IMG/VR virus record: IMGVR_UViG_3300020420_000008
Location: 32,001-96,000 of that record
Direction: 5' to 3' (one strand)
Source: a virus
DNA length: 64,000 bases
Below, piece after piece: positions 18,160 to 27,862 of the stretch; position 1 is the first letter of the stretch, and each line of letters starts with the position of its first letter. The translations under genes were made by a program, and so were the position numbers. The notes beneath the pieces are model-generated. The model had not been told where the DNA came from, did no database searches, and saw only the letters and a program-made list of their open reading frames with translations.

Positions 18160-18758
18160 ACGGACTTGAAGCATATGGCTCTTATCTAGCAGTACGTAAT
18201 CATTTCAAAACAGACTATGATTACTTTAAATATAATGGTAAGATAAAAGTAAATGAAGATAAGTTTCGCACTCGTAGAGATCATTATCAATTTGAGAAAA
18301 TGGCACGTATCTACGATAGAGAGAAGTTCGTTCAATATCTTGTTGCTAACTTTGTTAACGAAGAAGATTACATATTTGGCATGTCACAAGGACGTGCAAT
18401 GATGAATCACAAAAAATGGCAAAAGAATATAGAATCATTTAACTATCAATTTAAAGAAGATATACAGACTCTTAAAGATTATCACCCACAGTTTGATTCG
18501 TTGTTTATTGTAGGTGCAGATGGTGAAGTACACCCTTTTGCATTCAAACTTTATTTAAGAGAGAAGATAAACATAAATACTCTAGCAGTATTAAATAAAT
18601 TGATTAACTATAGTGGTGTTTGGAGTAGACAAGAAAACACTATGCTTAATGATTTCGTTTTTATACTAAAAAAATATACTCCATTCCTTTATAGTTACAT
18701 CAGTATAGACGAGACTAAATGTAAACAAACTATATTGGAGGTTTTCAATGAATCATGA
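18156..18758 (+). CDS. gp59: helicase loader
   Basis: YLAVRNHF...YDYFKYNGK motif; synteny. Confidence 0.85.
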   Translation: MNGLEAYGSYLAVRNHFKTDYDYFKYNGKIKVNEDKFRTRRDHYQFEKMARIYDREKFVQYLVANFVNEEDYIFGMSQGRAMMNHKKWQKNIESFNYQFKEDIQTLKDYHPQFDSLFIVGADGEVHPFAFKLYLREKININTLAVLNKLINYSGVWSRQENTMLNDFVFILKKYTPFLYSYISIDETKCKQTILEVFNES

Positions 18759-18957
18759 AGTAGAAAAATATGTGGGCGAACTCAGAGAGTTACGTGAGCA
18801 AGTTGAGACAATGAAGCTACGAATTAAAAACTTAGAAAGTGAGTTGGAATGGAGAACTAAATATGGAGATTATATGTCACACCAAGCTAACATAAATGCT
18901 TCAGTACATAATTATAGTTATAATCGTCCTAAAGATAAATTTAAATTAGGTACTTGA
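18748..18957 (+). CDS. hypothetical coiled-coil protein
   Basis: GGAGG RBS. Confidence 0.5.
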   Translation: MNHEVEKYVGELRELREQVETMKLRIKNLESELEWRTKYGDYMSHQANINASVHNYSYNRPKDKFKLGT

Positions 18958-19005
18958 CATATACTAGTTTGTTATGTTATATTAGATACATTATATTATG
19001 ATTCG
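18954..19005 (+). promoter_or_regulatory. sigma70-type promoter of gp32 with TGATTCG site
   Basis: TTGACA at 18954, TGTTATATT at 18975-18983, TGATTCG at 18999-19005. Confidence 0.65.
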
Positions 19006-19046
19006 AGTGGACAAATTAAATACACATATATACAGGAGATACACTA

Positions 19047-19946
19047 ATGGCAACATCTTTCGCCTCACTTAAAAAATCTCGCTCAAGTTCTTTGAGCAAG
19101 TTAGTTACCGAAACAACAAAAATAAATGCACCGGCAGAAGGAAGTTCTGAAGACAATCGTTTTTGGAAACCATCTGTTGATAAAGCTGGTAACGGCTATG
19201 CAGTAATTCGTTTTTTACCAGAACCTAAAGGTGAAGACTTACCTTGGGTTCGTATATTTTCTCACGGCTTTCAAGGACCAGGTGGTAAATGGTATATCGA
19301 AAATTCACTTACAACTTTCAATGAGAAAGATCCAATAAGTGAATATAATAGTTCTTTGTGGAATAATGGTACCGATGCTGGTAAAGATCAAGCACGAAAG
19401 CAAAAGAGAAGACTCTCTTACATAGCGAATATCTATGTAGTAAAGGATCCTGCAAATCCAGAAAATGAAGGACAAGTGAAACTTTATAAGTTTGGAAAGA
19501 AAATATTCGACAAGCTTAATGAGAAAATGAATCCTGAATTTGAAGATGAAACTGCTACTAACCCATTTGATTTTTGGGAAGGTGCAGACTTAAAATTGAA
19601 AATTCGTAATGTTGAAGGCTATCGTAATTATGATAAGTCTGAATTTGCAGAGGTATCACCATTACTTGATGGTGATGATACTAAACTGGAAACAGTTTAC
19701 GACTCAATGTTTTCTCTTCAAGAGTTTCTTGACAGAAAGCATTTTAAAACTTACGCCGAGTTGCAAGCAAAACTTGACATGGTGTTAGGTTTAGCTGGTG
19801 CTACAGTTGTACCTTCAGTAGTTACTGCTCAAGAGAATGTGGTAGAAATGCCTGTTCAAAAAGAAGCATCAGCACCTAAGATTGAATCTTCAGATAGTGA
19901 TGATGAGAACTTATCGTTTTTTGAAAAACTAGCAGAAGAAGATTAA
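19047..19946 (+). CDS. gp32: single-stranded DNA-binding protein
   Basis: FWKP.VDKAGNGYAVIRFLP and WYIENSLTT motifs; acidic C-terminus. Confidence 0.95.
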   Translation: MATSFASLKKSRSSSLSKLVTETTKINAPAEGSSEDNRFWKPSVDKAGNGYAVIRFLPEPKGEDLPWVRIFSHGFQGPGGKWYIENSLTTFNEKDPISEYNSSLWNNGTDAGKDQARKQKRRLSYIANIYVVKDPANPENEGQVKLYKFGKKIFDKLNEKMNPEFEDETATNPFDFWEGADLKLKIRNVEGYRNYDKSEFAEVSPLLDGDDTKLETVYDSMFSLQEFLDRKHFKTYAELQAKLDMVLGLAGATVVPSVVTAQENVVEMPVQKEASAPKIESSDSDDENLSFFEKLAEED

Positions 19947-19969
19947 TCTTTCTTTTACTCTCTTACACT

Positions 19970-19996
19970 AGGGCGTCTTATGGCGCCCTTTTTTTT
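19970..19996. terminator. intrinsic terminator between convergent blocks
   Basis: AGGGCGTC-TTAT-GGCGCCCT followed by a T tract. Confidence 0.8.
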
Positions 19997-21848
19997 AGGT
20001 ATTATAAGGATAATTTTGAAAATTAGATGCTACTTTAGGACCTGTTTGAAAAGATTGATTGCTTATAGAGACAGTGTTAGAGGGTCCAACAGTTGTAGAG
20101 TTGTCAGTTAGTCTAGCACCACCAAAGCCATCACCAGAAAAATTAGCTAAAGCACTTAGCATATCAGCACTACCATTACCTGAAGGAGTACCAGTAGCAG
20201 TTTCGAAGTCAATAGTTCCTGATCTTAACTTAGCTAGAAGAGCTTCATTTTCTTTTTCAAGTTTTAATAATTTTTGTTCGTTACGTTCTTGATTACCTTG
20301 GGCTCTTTTAGTTGAATTTTCTAACATTACGATTTGATTCATTAATGCTTTTACCTGAGCCTTTTCTCCAATAAATGCTCCGGATAAGTCATCTAACTCT
20401 CTACCTGCCAATTTCTTTTCAATCTCTTCCTTTATTTTAGCAATTCTTTCAGCATTAGCTTTTTCCTGTTCTGCATTTTTAAGTTGTAGTTCAGCTAATC
20501 TATCTTTTTCTTTTCTATTCTTCTCAATATCTTCTTCTATCTTTTCATTCTCATCTTTAAACAATCTACCAACTACAGGTATACTTCTTATAAAATTCAT
20601 GAAAGCGTTACTTATAGCTTTAAATAGTTTCATTATAGGATCAACAATAACTTTTGCCGCCCCTGCAAAATCGCCTGACAACAGTTTCTTTCCTGCTTCA
20701 AGTAGTTTTTCGATAACTTGCATTGGGAATGTTAGTATAGAAAATAAAGCATCTTCAAAACTAACATTTTCTTTTATCCACTTAGAGGCACTTTCAAAAC
20801 CTAATAACTCCATAACTTTAGCTGGTAGTTTCACAAGTAACAAATCAAGTGGTGCACCTATAAAATCTGCTAAAAATTTGGCGGCACCTGCATTGAGTTT
20901 TTGAAATATATTGCCTTCAGTTTTCATGAACTCCATAACACCTTCACCGAAAGAAAATATAATCCCGATAGGTTTAAATATTCTACCTACCATTTTCAGA
21001 AATGCACCAACAGTACCACCTATTGCTCCTAAAAATTTACCACCTGCTCCTTCACCTGACATGAAGTTTTTGATACCAGTGAAGATATCTTTGAAAGGTT
21101 TAAATATTGTTTTAGCTGACTCTGATATAAATGTGAACGCACCACCACCAACTTTCTTAATAGATTCTATAACAGTAGCTACTCTGCCTTGAGGATCTAA
21201 TAAAGGTGCCAGTGCTTGAGGTCCGCCTCGTAAAGCACCAAATAATGCGTTAGTTATACCTTGTCTTATAGCACTTATTCTTTCTGTTATTGTCATTATG
21301 AGAGGTTTCTGTGTTACAAAGATACCTTTAACTTTGTCAACTGTTAGTCTCTCTTTCGTACCAAATAGATTGAAGCGTATAGCCTCTCTAATCGCCTTAA
21401 CATTATCAGGTATAGTTTTAGAAAATACACGCAACTCACCTAGTCTTCTTATAGCTCCCATTTCCCAACCTCTGAGTCCTACAAAAGCACCAGCTATTGC
21501 TGTTACACCTGCAAGAAATGCACCTATGCCAAAAGGATCAAGTTCTACTTGTTCAGCTTGCTCTTTTTTGTCCATTTCCATTTGAGCATTAAGCTTACGC
21601 TTCATCTCAAGTCTGTCTTCTGCTTCCATCTGAGCATCTCTGGCTCTCATTTCTTCAGCCATTGCTAATAGATATACTATATCTTTTAGATGTGTATTAT
21701 TTTCTGATAGAAGACTATTTCGAAAAGCACCATCAAGTGCTATCTTACCTTGGGCGGCTAAGGTAAGTTGTGATCTTTCTTCCATCTTAGCTTGGGCGGC
21801 TCTATTGGTAGATTGATTGAGTCTGGGTAGAGGACCTTGTTCAGCCAT
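19995..21848 (-). CDS. tape-measure/baseplate hub protein (gp29-like)
   Basis: 617 aa with amphipathic helical and coiled-coil repeats; downstream of gp26/gp51. Confidence 0.6.
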   Translation of the reverse strand: MAEQGPLPRLNQSTNRAAQAKMEERSQLTLAAQGKIALDGAFRNSLLSENNTHLKDIVYLLAMAEEMRARDAQMEAEDRLEMKRKLNAQMEMDKKEQAEQVELDPFGIGAFLAGVTAIAGAFVGLRGWEMGAIRRLGELRVFSKTIPDNVKAIREAIRFNLFGTKERLTVDKVKGIFVTQKPLIMTITERISAIRQGITNALFGALRGGPQALAPLLDPQGRVATVIESIKKVGGGAFTFISESAKTIFKPFKDIFTGIKNFMSGEGAGGKFLGAIGGTVGAFLKMVGRIFKPIGIIFSFGEGVMEFMKTEGNIFQKLNAGAAKFLADFIGAPLDLLLVKLPAKVMELLGFESASKWIKENVSFEDALFSILTFPMQVIEKLLEAGKKLLSGDFAGAAKVIVDPIMKLFKAISNAFMNFIRSIPVVGRLFKDENEKIEEDIEKNRKEKDRLAELQLKNAEQEKANAERIAKIKEEIEKKLAGRELDDLSGAFIGEKAQVKALMNQIVMLENSTKRAQGNQERNEQKLLKLEKENEALLAKLRSGTIDFETATGTPSGNGSADMLSALANFSGDGFGGARLTDNSTTVGPSNTVSISNQSFQTGPKVASNFQNYPYNT

Positions 21849-22177
21849 TATTTTTTCATTCCTGATTTATCAAAGGCGGCAAATCCCATAAAAGCACCTA
21901 CGATACCTGCCTGTGCTAAGTAAAAGAGATTTGATATGTCTGTGAGTAATTTAATTCTTTCATCTGGTACAAATGGTGTAAACATTATAATTGTGAATAA
22001 TAACATAGATACTAGAGCAGTCCATGCCATATTTCTCTGATGCATTTGTTTTCTGTTTAATCTCTTCACTTCTTCAGTTTGTTGCCAGTTATCTATTTCA
22101 GCATCAGATACTACTCCGTCAGAGTTTGTATCCATGTCAGCATACTTAGACTGTGGTTCTAACTTCTTTGCTGTCAT
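21848..22177 (-). CDS. EF-hand membrane protein
   Basis: DTNSDGVVSDAE EF-hand loop plus two hydrophobic segments. Confidence 0.65.
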   Translation of the reverse strand: MTAKKLEPQSKYADMDTNSDGVVSDAEIDNWQQTEEVKRLNRKQMHQRNMAWTALVSMLLFTIIMFTPFVPDERIKLLTDISNLFYLAQAGIVGAFMGFAAFDKSGMKK

Positions 22178-22359
22178 TTTTGTTTCCTTCTTTCCTCTTC
22201 TTCTTCTAAGTGTTGTTTCAATAATGTCACATAGATATCACGTTCAAAAGGTATCATATTCTCCAGTTCGGACAAGGAGTATTTATGATGATGCATAAGT
22301 GAAAAGTTGAGTTGATAGTAATTACTTAGCGAATTATGTACCAACCCTAAGTAAAAAAA
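22174..22359 (-). CDS. gp51: gp51-like baseplate hub assembly segment (probably reached by -1 frameshift)
   Basis: NFSLMHHHKYSLSELENMIPFERDIYV motif; no obvious ATG with RBS; overlaps a T7 run at the end of gp26. Confidence 0.75.
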   Translation of the reverse strand, partial: FFYLGLVHNSLSNYYQLNFSLMHHHKYSLSELENMIPFERDIYVTLLKQHLEEEEERRKQK

Positions 22360-23045
22360 CTTTGTAAGCCCTCCAGCAATATAGTTTCTTTCTCTCCACA
22401 CGCATTACATGTCCATTCTACAGTATGACTTAACTTAGGCATGTTGTTCATAAATTCTGTTATCAATGTAAATTGCTTCTGATTTAGTTGTTCCAACCAT
22501 TCAGCAATCTCGTCTACAGAATAATCATTATAAACAGTTTCCTTATCATAGATAAAATCTACCATGTGTGCTATACTATGAAATATATTCACACCTTCTT
22601 GCACTTGTAATTTATTTAAATCGCCAGCACGAGGATATTTCATCTTTATACCTATAGTATCAGTAAGCATAATCTTACCATCAGATATCTCACCTTGTAC
22701 TTTTATATCGTCTAGATTTATTGAAAGCGTTACTGATTCTTTACAGGAACTTTCTTTATGTCTTAATATAACTTCTACAGTTTCACCAACAGATTTGCCT
22801 CTGAGTTGTAAAAATAGATACTCTACATCGAAAGTTGGTAAGTCACCTACATTTACATTAGGTGTTAGTATACAATCATTCAATACCTTTATTGTGGCAT
22901 TTTGAATTTCTACTGCATCTTGTCCTTCTAAAGCCATGTATAGAATTTTTTCTTCTCTGACTAGAAAAGGACGAAACTTAATTTTTTGTTTTGTTGAAGG
23001 TATCTCCGTGATAAACTCTGGAGACGAGAGTGCTGGTAAAGCCAT
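22347..23045 (-). CDS. gp26: baseplate hub subunit/chaperone
   Basis: MALP...FRPFLVREEKIL, FDVEYLFLQLRGKSVGE, C..C and LEGLQSFF motifs. Confidence 0.85.
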   Translation of the reverse strand: MALPALSSPEFITEIPSTKQKIKFRPFLVREEKILYMALEGQDAVEIQNATIKVLNDCILTPNVNVGDLPTFDVEYLFLQLRGKSVGETVEVILRHKESSCKESVTLSINLDDIKVQGEISDGKIMLTDTIGIKMKYPRAGDLNKLQVQEGVNIFHSIAHMVDFIYDKETVYNDYSVDEIAEWLEQLNQKQFTLITEFMNNMPKLSHTVEWTCNACGEKETILLEGLQSFFT

Positions 23046-23058
23046 AATAACTCCTCAA

Positions 23059-23754
23059 TTATAATTTTCTTATCAATCCAAATGGTGTCTGTAATGCACC
23101 TGTTAATCCTGTTGAGCCAACAGATATGTTTCCTATTCCTGGTAGTGAGCCTGCTAATCCAAAGCCGTTTTCACCAAAAGAGAATCCAAAAGAAGCGCCG
23201 AGTCCTGGTTGGTTTGAATCGCCATACACTACTTTGTAATCTCTATATGCAAAAGCAACAGCTAACTTTGCAAACTCGTTTGCGTTCCAATTCATTTGTA
23301 TAGCACCAACTGTTACAGGGTATGCTTCTTGTAATGTATGAACAGACATCACATCACCTGCTGAATTGAACTGTCTAATTGTAACATTACCCACATAATC
23401 ATTATAGTAACTAACATTATGTGATCCTCTGCTAGAACCAAAAGCACCATGATTAATTATCTTGTCATGCCATGCATCAAAATATTTCTTTTCTTGTAAG
23501 TCTTCACTTAATAAAAACTGACAAGCAATATCGGTATATATGGCGCCATAAGGAACTTTTCTTAGAGGTCCATATATTCTATATTCTGTTGTAGATATTG
23601 CTCTTCCTGGAATATCAACAGTATCACAACGTAACATTAGATTTTGTTCTGCACCTGTGCTAACTGGTCCAGTTATCTGTACTTCAAAATGTGAAGCATG
23701 TGCAACACCAGTTTTATTTAATGTAGCTGTAAAATTTTGTACGTTAAATGGCAC
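23059..23754 (-). CDS. gp54: baseplate tail-tube initiator
   Basis: tail-tube-like fold motifs (IPGR, YYNDYVG, EAYP); GTG start at 23754 with GGAGA RBS. Confidence 0.7.
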   Translation of the reverse strand: MPFNVQNFTATLNKTGVAHASHFEVQITGPVSTGAEQNLMLRCDTVDIPGRAISTTEYRIYGPLRKVPYGAIYTDIACQFLLSEDLQEKKYFDAWHDKIINHGAFGSSRGSHNVSYYNDYVGNVTIRQFNSAGDVMSVHTLQEAYPVTVGAIQMNWNANEFAKLAVAFAYRDYKVVYGDSNQPGLGASFGFSFGENGFGLAGSLPGIGNISVGSTGLTGALQTPFGLIRKL

Positions 23755-24358
23755 GCCTGCTTTCTCCCCATACTTTACTCTTACTTGCTTTCTCAAACCT
23801 TTCAACAGGTAAGAATAATGCTATATCCCATTCTGAAGCGTTTATCTTAATAAATCTAGAACGAACATGTTTAGTTAAGTATTTTTTATATGTTGGTTTA
23901 AACTCTTTATATTTAGCCGCCGAGCGTAATAATCCATATGATAAGCCTAGTCTGGTAGACGCATCATATCGTTTGTTAGTTGCTGTTGTATATAATGCGT
24001 CCATAAGTCTAGCACGTAAGACATGTGGTAAATAATGTAAGTTCAGTCCTTCAAACCCTCCTGGAGAGTTCTGCACTTTGAATATCAAAGGAAATCTATC
24101 GTAGTAAGGCAATGTTGATTTATTTTTAGGATCATAGTTGAAGAAAAACATTTCGCCTATACTAGTACGATTTTTAAATCTATCGTAGTCTCTGAGTCCT
24201 ACATTTTTATTGAAGTCAGTTAAATCACCAGATTTTAGTTTGTTTGCACCTGAGGTTTTAGCTTGCTGTCTAAACCAATCTCTAGAGCGTTGTGTACGTC
24301 CTGGTAGTTCACCTCTGCGAACACCTCTCAGTAGTATATCGTCAAAAACTGTTGCCAT
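23744..24358 (-). CDS. gp2: DNA end protector protein
   Basis: YDPK.K..LPYYDRFPL and GLNLHYLP motifs. Confidence 0.9.
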   Translation of the reverse strand: MATVFDDILLRGVRRGELPGRTQRSRDWFRQQAKTSGANKLKSGDLTDFNKNVGLRDYDRFKNRTSIGEMFFFNYDPKNKSTLPYYDRFPLIFKVQNSPGGFEGLNLHYLPHVLRARLMDALYTTATNKRYDASTRLGLSYGLLRSAAKYKEFKPTYKKYLTKHVRSRFIKINASEWDIALFLPVERFEKASKSKVWGESRRAI

Positions 24359-24791
24359 TCTTGAATAGTTCTTTTTCTGTGAGTATCATAAACTTCCAGT
24401 TTCTGTCTTTACAATACTCTATTGCGTAATTCCACTTACTCTTATTTATACTCCATGTCTTTACCTCGTATAAATACTTCTTAGTTAGATTTTTTTGTGG
24501 AGTAGGTTCTTTGGTTTCTTTGTAAGGCTTTACTTCAACGACAATCGTTTCTTTTTGATTATGTTTATTGTTTACTTGAATAACGAAGTCGGGATAGTAT
24601 CTGTGCCAACGTCCATCAAGTGCAGATTTGTAAGGTATGATTAACTCTTCAGAAGCCCATTTAAGAACATTGGGATTTTGATCAAAGTAAACCATACAGT
24701 TTCTTTCCCACAAAGAACGATAAATAATATTTGTAGGATCACCTTTGTACTTTTTAGGAAACTTGGGATAGAACTTACCTTTATAACTCAT
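24342..24791 (-). CDS. gp4: head completion nuclease
   Basis: MSYKGKF.P..PKKYKGDP, YRSLWE, RYYPDF and EVKP motifs; start set at ATG 24791. Confidence 0.9.
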   Translation of the reverse strand: MSYKGKFYPKFPKKYKGDPTNIIYRSLWERNCMVYFDQNPNVLKWASEELIIPYKSALDGRWHRYYPDFVIQVNNKHNQKETIVVEVKPYKETKEPTPQKNLTKKYLYEVKTWSINKSKWNYAIEYCKDRNWKFMILTEKELFKNGNSF

Positions 24792-24804
24792 AGGGATATG
24801 TATA

Positions 24805-25929
24805 ATGGCTATAACAATAGGTAACGGCAACGTCAATCTGAACACAGACTTCAAAGCTATTACAGATATACAAGGTAAACTAGCAAAAACAGGCATACAA
24901 TTTGATGGTAGTAATGTAAGAATATCTGCAAGAGAGATGTTCATGAAGAAAGTTACTAACAGATTACCAAAAGGACATATTGCAGGATTGATGCCAAAAA
25001 GTATGAACACTGCAAGCTTGGTATATCCTGCTGATATTGATGATGAGCATTATATGAAAATAGATGCTGTAAAAAGAAGTAAACAAACAATCAAAGAGCC
25101 TAAAGGTAAAAAAGAAATATTATCTTCTATCGTATTACCTATACCAGGAAATCTACAAGTACAATATCAAGCAGACTATGAAAACAAATCATTAGGTATT
25201 ATAGGCGGCGCTTCTGCCGGTAGACTAGGTGCTGGAAGTCAAGGAGCAGGTGCTGTATCAGATATTGCTGGTAGAATTGTAAACAAATTCAATACATTAG
25301 GTGTAGATGATCAAAGTTTAACAGAAATAGGGGCGGCAGGAGTTGTAACAGGTGCTACTGCATTGAGTGGTAAAGTTGGTGGTGCATTAGGAGCATTTAT
25401 CATAGGTGCTGGAGGAATATCAGCCGTGACAACAGGCACACTTTTACAAGAAGGTGTTGCAATTAATCCTCATTTAGCAGTCGTATTTAGAGGTATAAAC
25501 TTCAGAGATCATTCATTTACATATAAGTTTGTTGCGAGAGATCAAACCGAGAGTAATACAATAAAAAATATTATAGAATCTTTTAGATTTCATATGTTAC
25601 CATCAAATGCAATAGGTGGTTCTGGCACTACGGCAGGTTTAGCTTTTGATTATCCTGATGAATTTGAAATAGCTTTTAGTGATAAGATAAGATCAAACTT
25701 ATATGAGATAGGCACTTGTGTATTAAAGAATATGCAAGTAACTTATAATGGTGAGAACTTACCTATATTCTTTGAAAACACAGGCGCACCAGTTTCTATT
25801 CAAATAACATTATCATTTCAAGAAGTCAAGCTTCAAACTAGAGATGGTTTTACCGAATACTCACAAAATCAAACAGGTGCTGTTAGTGATATTCGTCCAT
25901 CTGCAACTAGAGGAGAAGGAGCTAGTTAA
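24805..25929 (+). CDS. gp48: baseplate tail-tube cap
   Basis: NPHL.VVFRGINFRDHSF and LSFQEV motifs; divergent from gp4. Confidence 0.8.
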   Translation: MAITIGNGNVNLNTDFKAITDIQGKLAKTGIQFDGSNVRISAREMFMKKVTNRLPKGHIAGLMPKSMNTASLVYPADIDDEHYMKIDAVKRSKQTIKEPKGKKEILSSIVLPIPGNLQVQYQADYENKSLGIIGGASAGRLGAGSQGAGAVSDIAGRIVNKFNTLGVDDQSLTEIGAAGVVTGATALSGKVGGALGAFIIGAGGISAVTTGTLLQEGVAINPHLAVVFRGINFRDHSFTYKFVARDQTESNTIKNIIESFRFHMLPSNAIGGSGTTAGLAFDYPDEFEIAFSDKIRSNLYEIGTCVLKNMQVTYNGENLPIFFENTGAPVSIQITLSFQEVKLQTRDGFTEYSQNQTGAVSDIRPSATRGEGAS

Positions 25930-26495
25930 TGTCAAATTACTTTTCATTCTTTCCTACAACATCACATGATTTAAAAGATGTTAATAAAATTACTCAGGTA
26001 ACAAATATACTTAGACGTTTTAAATTTAAAACAAAAGTAAAAGATATTGTTGGCACATACTACGATTACACAATGCATGAAGGCGACAGAATGGACACTA
26101 TTGCAGAGAGATACTATGGCGATTCTAATCTAGCGTGGGTAATATTACATTTTAATGATATCGTTGATCCTTACTATGACTTACCTTTGTTTGGTAAAGA
26201 GTTCACTGATTACATTGTAGAAAAATACGGCTCAGTTACAACAGCGAGAGCGACTACAAAAAACTATTTTCAAATACTTGAACAAGAACAGCTACTAACT
26301 GACGGAACTAAAATACCAAAAAGACAAATAGTTGTAGATTTAAAAACATATAACACATTGTCAGCGTCTAATCGTGATTCAGAAACAGCTTATGATTTTG
26401 AAGAAAGATTGAACGAAGATAAAAAGAATCTAAAAATACTAGACAGAAGATATCTAAATCAATTAGTCAAAGAAGTTAAATCGGTACTAGCATAA
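25929..26495 (+). CDS. gp53: baseplate wedge LysM-like protein
   Basis: GDRMDTIAERYYGDSNLAWVIL..N.I.DP motif. Confidence 0.85.
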   Translation: MSNYFSFFPTTSHDLKDVNKITQVTNILRRFKFKTKVKDIVGTYYDYTMHEGDRMDTIAERYYGDSNLAWVILHFNDIVDPYYDLPLFGKEFTDYIVEKYGSVTTARATTKNYFQILEQEQLLTDGTKIPKRQIVVDLKTYNTLSASNRDSETAYDFEERLNEDKKNLKILDRRYLNQLVKEVKSVLA

Positions 26496-27862
26496 TGGTT
26501 TATCAAGATGCAATAATGCGTAAAGCTTCTGCATCAGGAGGCGATACATCAAAAGAGAACTATAGATTTCCTGGTGACTTTATACTAGAGCGTCTAGAAC
26601 TTATCGATAAAGAAGGTGTACCAACAGATATATCAGCATTAAGTTTAGAAGTAAACATACTTCAAAATTTATTTTTACCTTTCATGCAAATAGAAATAGC
26701 AGTAAACGACTCAGCTGGATTTGTAAATGCTGTGTCGAACGGACTATCTGGTGGTGAAATTATATACGTTTCTTTCAAAACTGCCGATCCAGAATTTGTT
26801 ATGAATAAAATGTTATTCGCAGTAAACGGTGTAAAAGAAAGAGTGAGAAATACTACAGGTAATGAAACATATGTTATAGAAGGTTATTCACTAGAACATT
26901 TCAACACCATAGATAAGAAGATATCAAAAGCATTCGGCTCTGGCTCAGGTAAAAAGATAAACGAAATTGTTCAAATAATATTTGATGAACACATCATGAC
27001 ACCTGAATTAAAATCAGTATATAACTTATATAAAAATGAAGGTAGAGAAGTATCGAAAACTGGTATACAAGGACTAACAACTACCACAGGTTTACATTCA
27101 TGTGTGATTCCTATGTACAATCCTATAGAAGCTATTCGTTATCTATGTGACGAAGGTGTAGATGATGATACCGCATCTAAACTATTATTCTATGAAACTT
27201 TTCTAGGCTTTCAATTTAGAAGTTTAGGTAAACTAATTAAAGAAGAACCAAAAGGCGAAGAGTTTCTCTATCACCCATCATCTTATAATACTGATTCATA
27301 TAAAGATGGTATGAATGCATACTTTATAAAATCTATAGATAGAATTAAAGAAAGCGATTTAACGGAACAGATGACAGATGGTTTATTCTCTGCTACAACG
27401 ATAGAAATTGATCCTCTCAGAAAAGATTTTAATAAAACTGTTTACAAATACCAAGACGAAGTTGAGAGATTTTCTAAATTAAATACTCTAACTATTCCTG
27501 GTGGTGCAGATGATAACGCAATTGTTCACTTGAAAACATCAAGAAGAGGACATGATGTCGATAGTGTATTTGCACCTGAAGCTCCTTTAGCTCAGAGAGA
27601 TGTTCTAAAGGATCCTTTTAGAGATAGTTATCTAAAACACTTGACAAATAATATAATTGTTATTACCATTCCAGGAAACTCAGCACTAAATGTAGGGGAT
27701 ACTATAGAATGTAAGTTCACTCCTGCAACATCGTTTGAAGAGGGAAAGGAAGAAGATAAATACACAAGTGGTAAATATTTAATAACTAAATGTAGACACG
27801 TTATAACTAAGCAAATATATGATACAGTCTTAGAATGCGTTAAAGATACAGGTATAGAATAA
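26495..27862 (+). CDS. baseplate hub protein (gp27-like)
   Basis: IPGNSALNVGD and SGKYLITKCRH motifs; position after gp53. Confidence 0.6.
   Translation: MVYQDAIMRKASASGGDTSKENYRFPGDFILERLELIDKEGVPTDISALSLEVNILQNLFLPFMQIEIAVNDSAGFVNAVSNGLSGGEIIYVSFKTADPEFVMNKMLFAVNGVKERVRNTTGNETYVIEGYSLEHFNTIDKKISKAFGSGSGKKINEIVQIIFDEHIMTPELKSVYNLYKNEGREVSKTGIQGLTTTTGLHSCVIPMYNPIEAIRYLCDEGVDDDTASKLLFYETFLGFQFRSLGKLIKEEPKGEEFLYHPSSYNTDSYKDGMNAYFIKSIDRIKESDLTEQMTDGLFSATTIEIDPLRKDFNKTVYKYQDEVERFSKLNTLTIPGGADDNAIVHLKTSRRGHDVDSVFAPEAPLAQRDVLKDPFRDSYLKHLTNNIIVITIPGNSALNVGDTIECKFTPATSFEEGKEEDKYTSGKYLITKCRHVITKQIYDTVLECVKDTGIE

Noticed and set aside
24792-25010. N-terminal extension of gp4 given in the ORF track
   Set aside because: It overlaps gp48 on the opposite strand; the gp4 motif begins at ATG 24791
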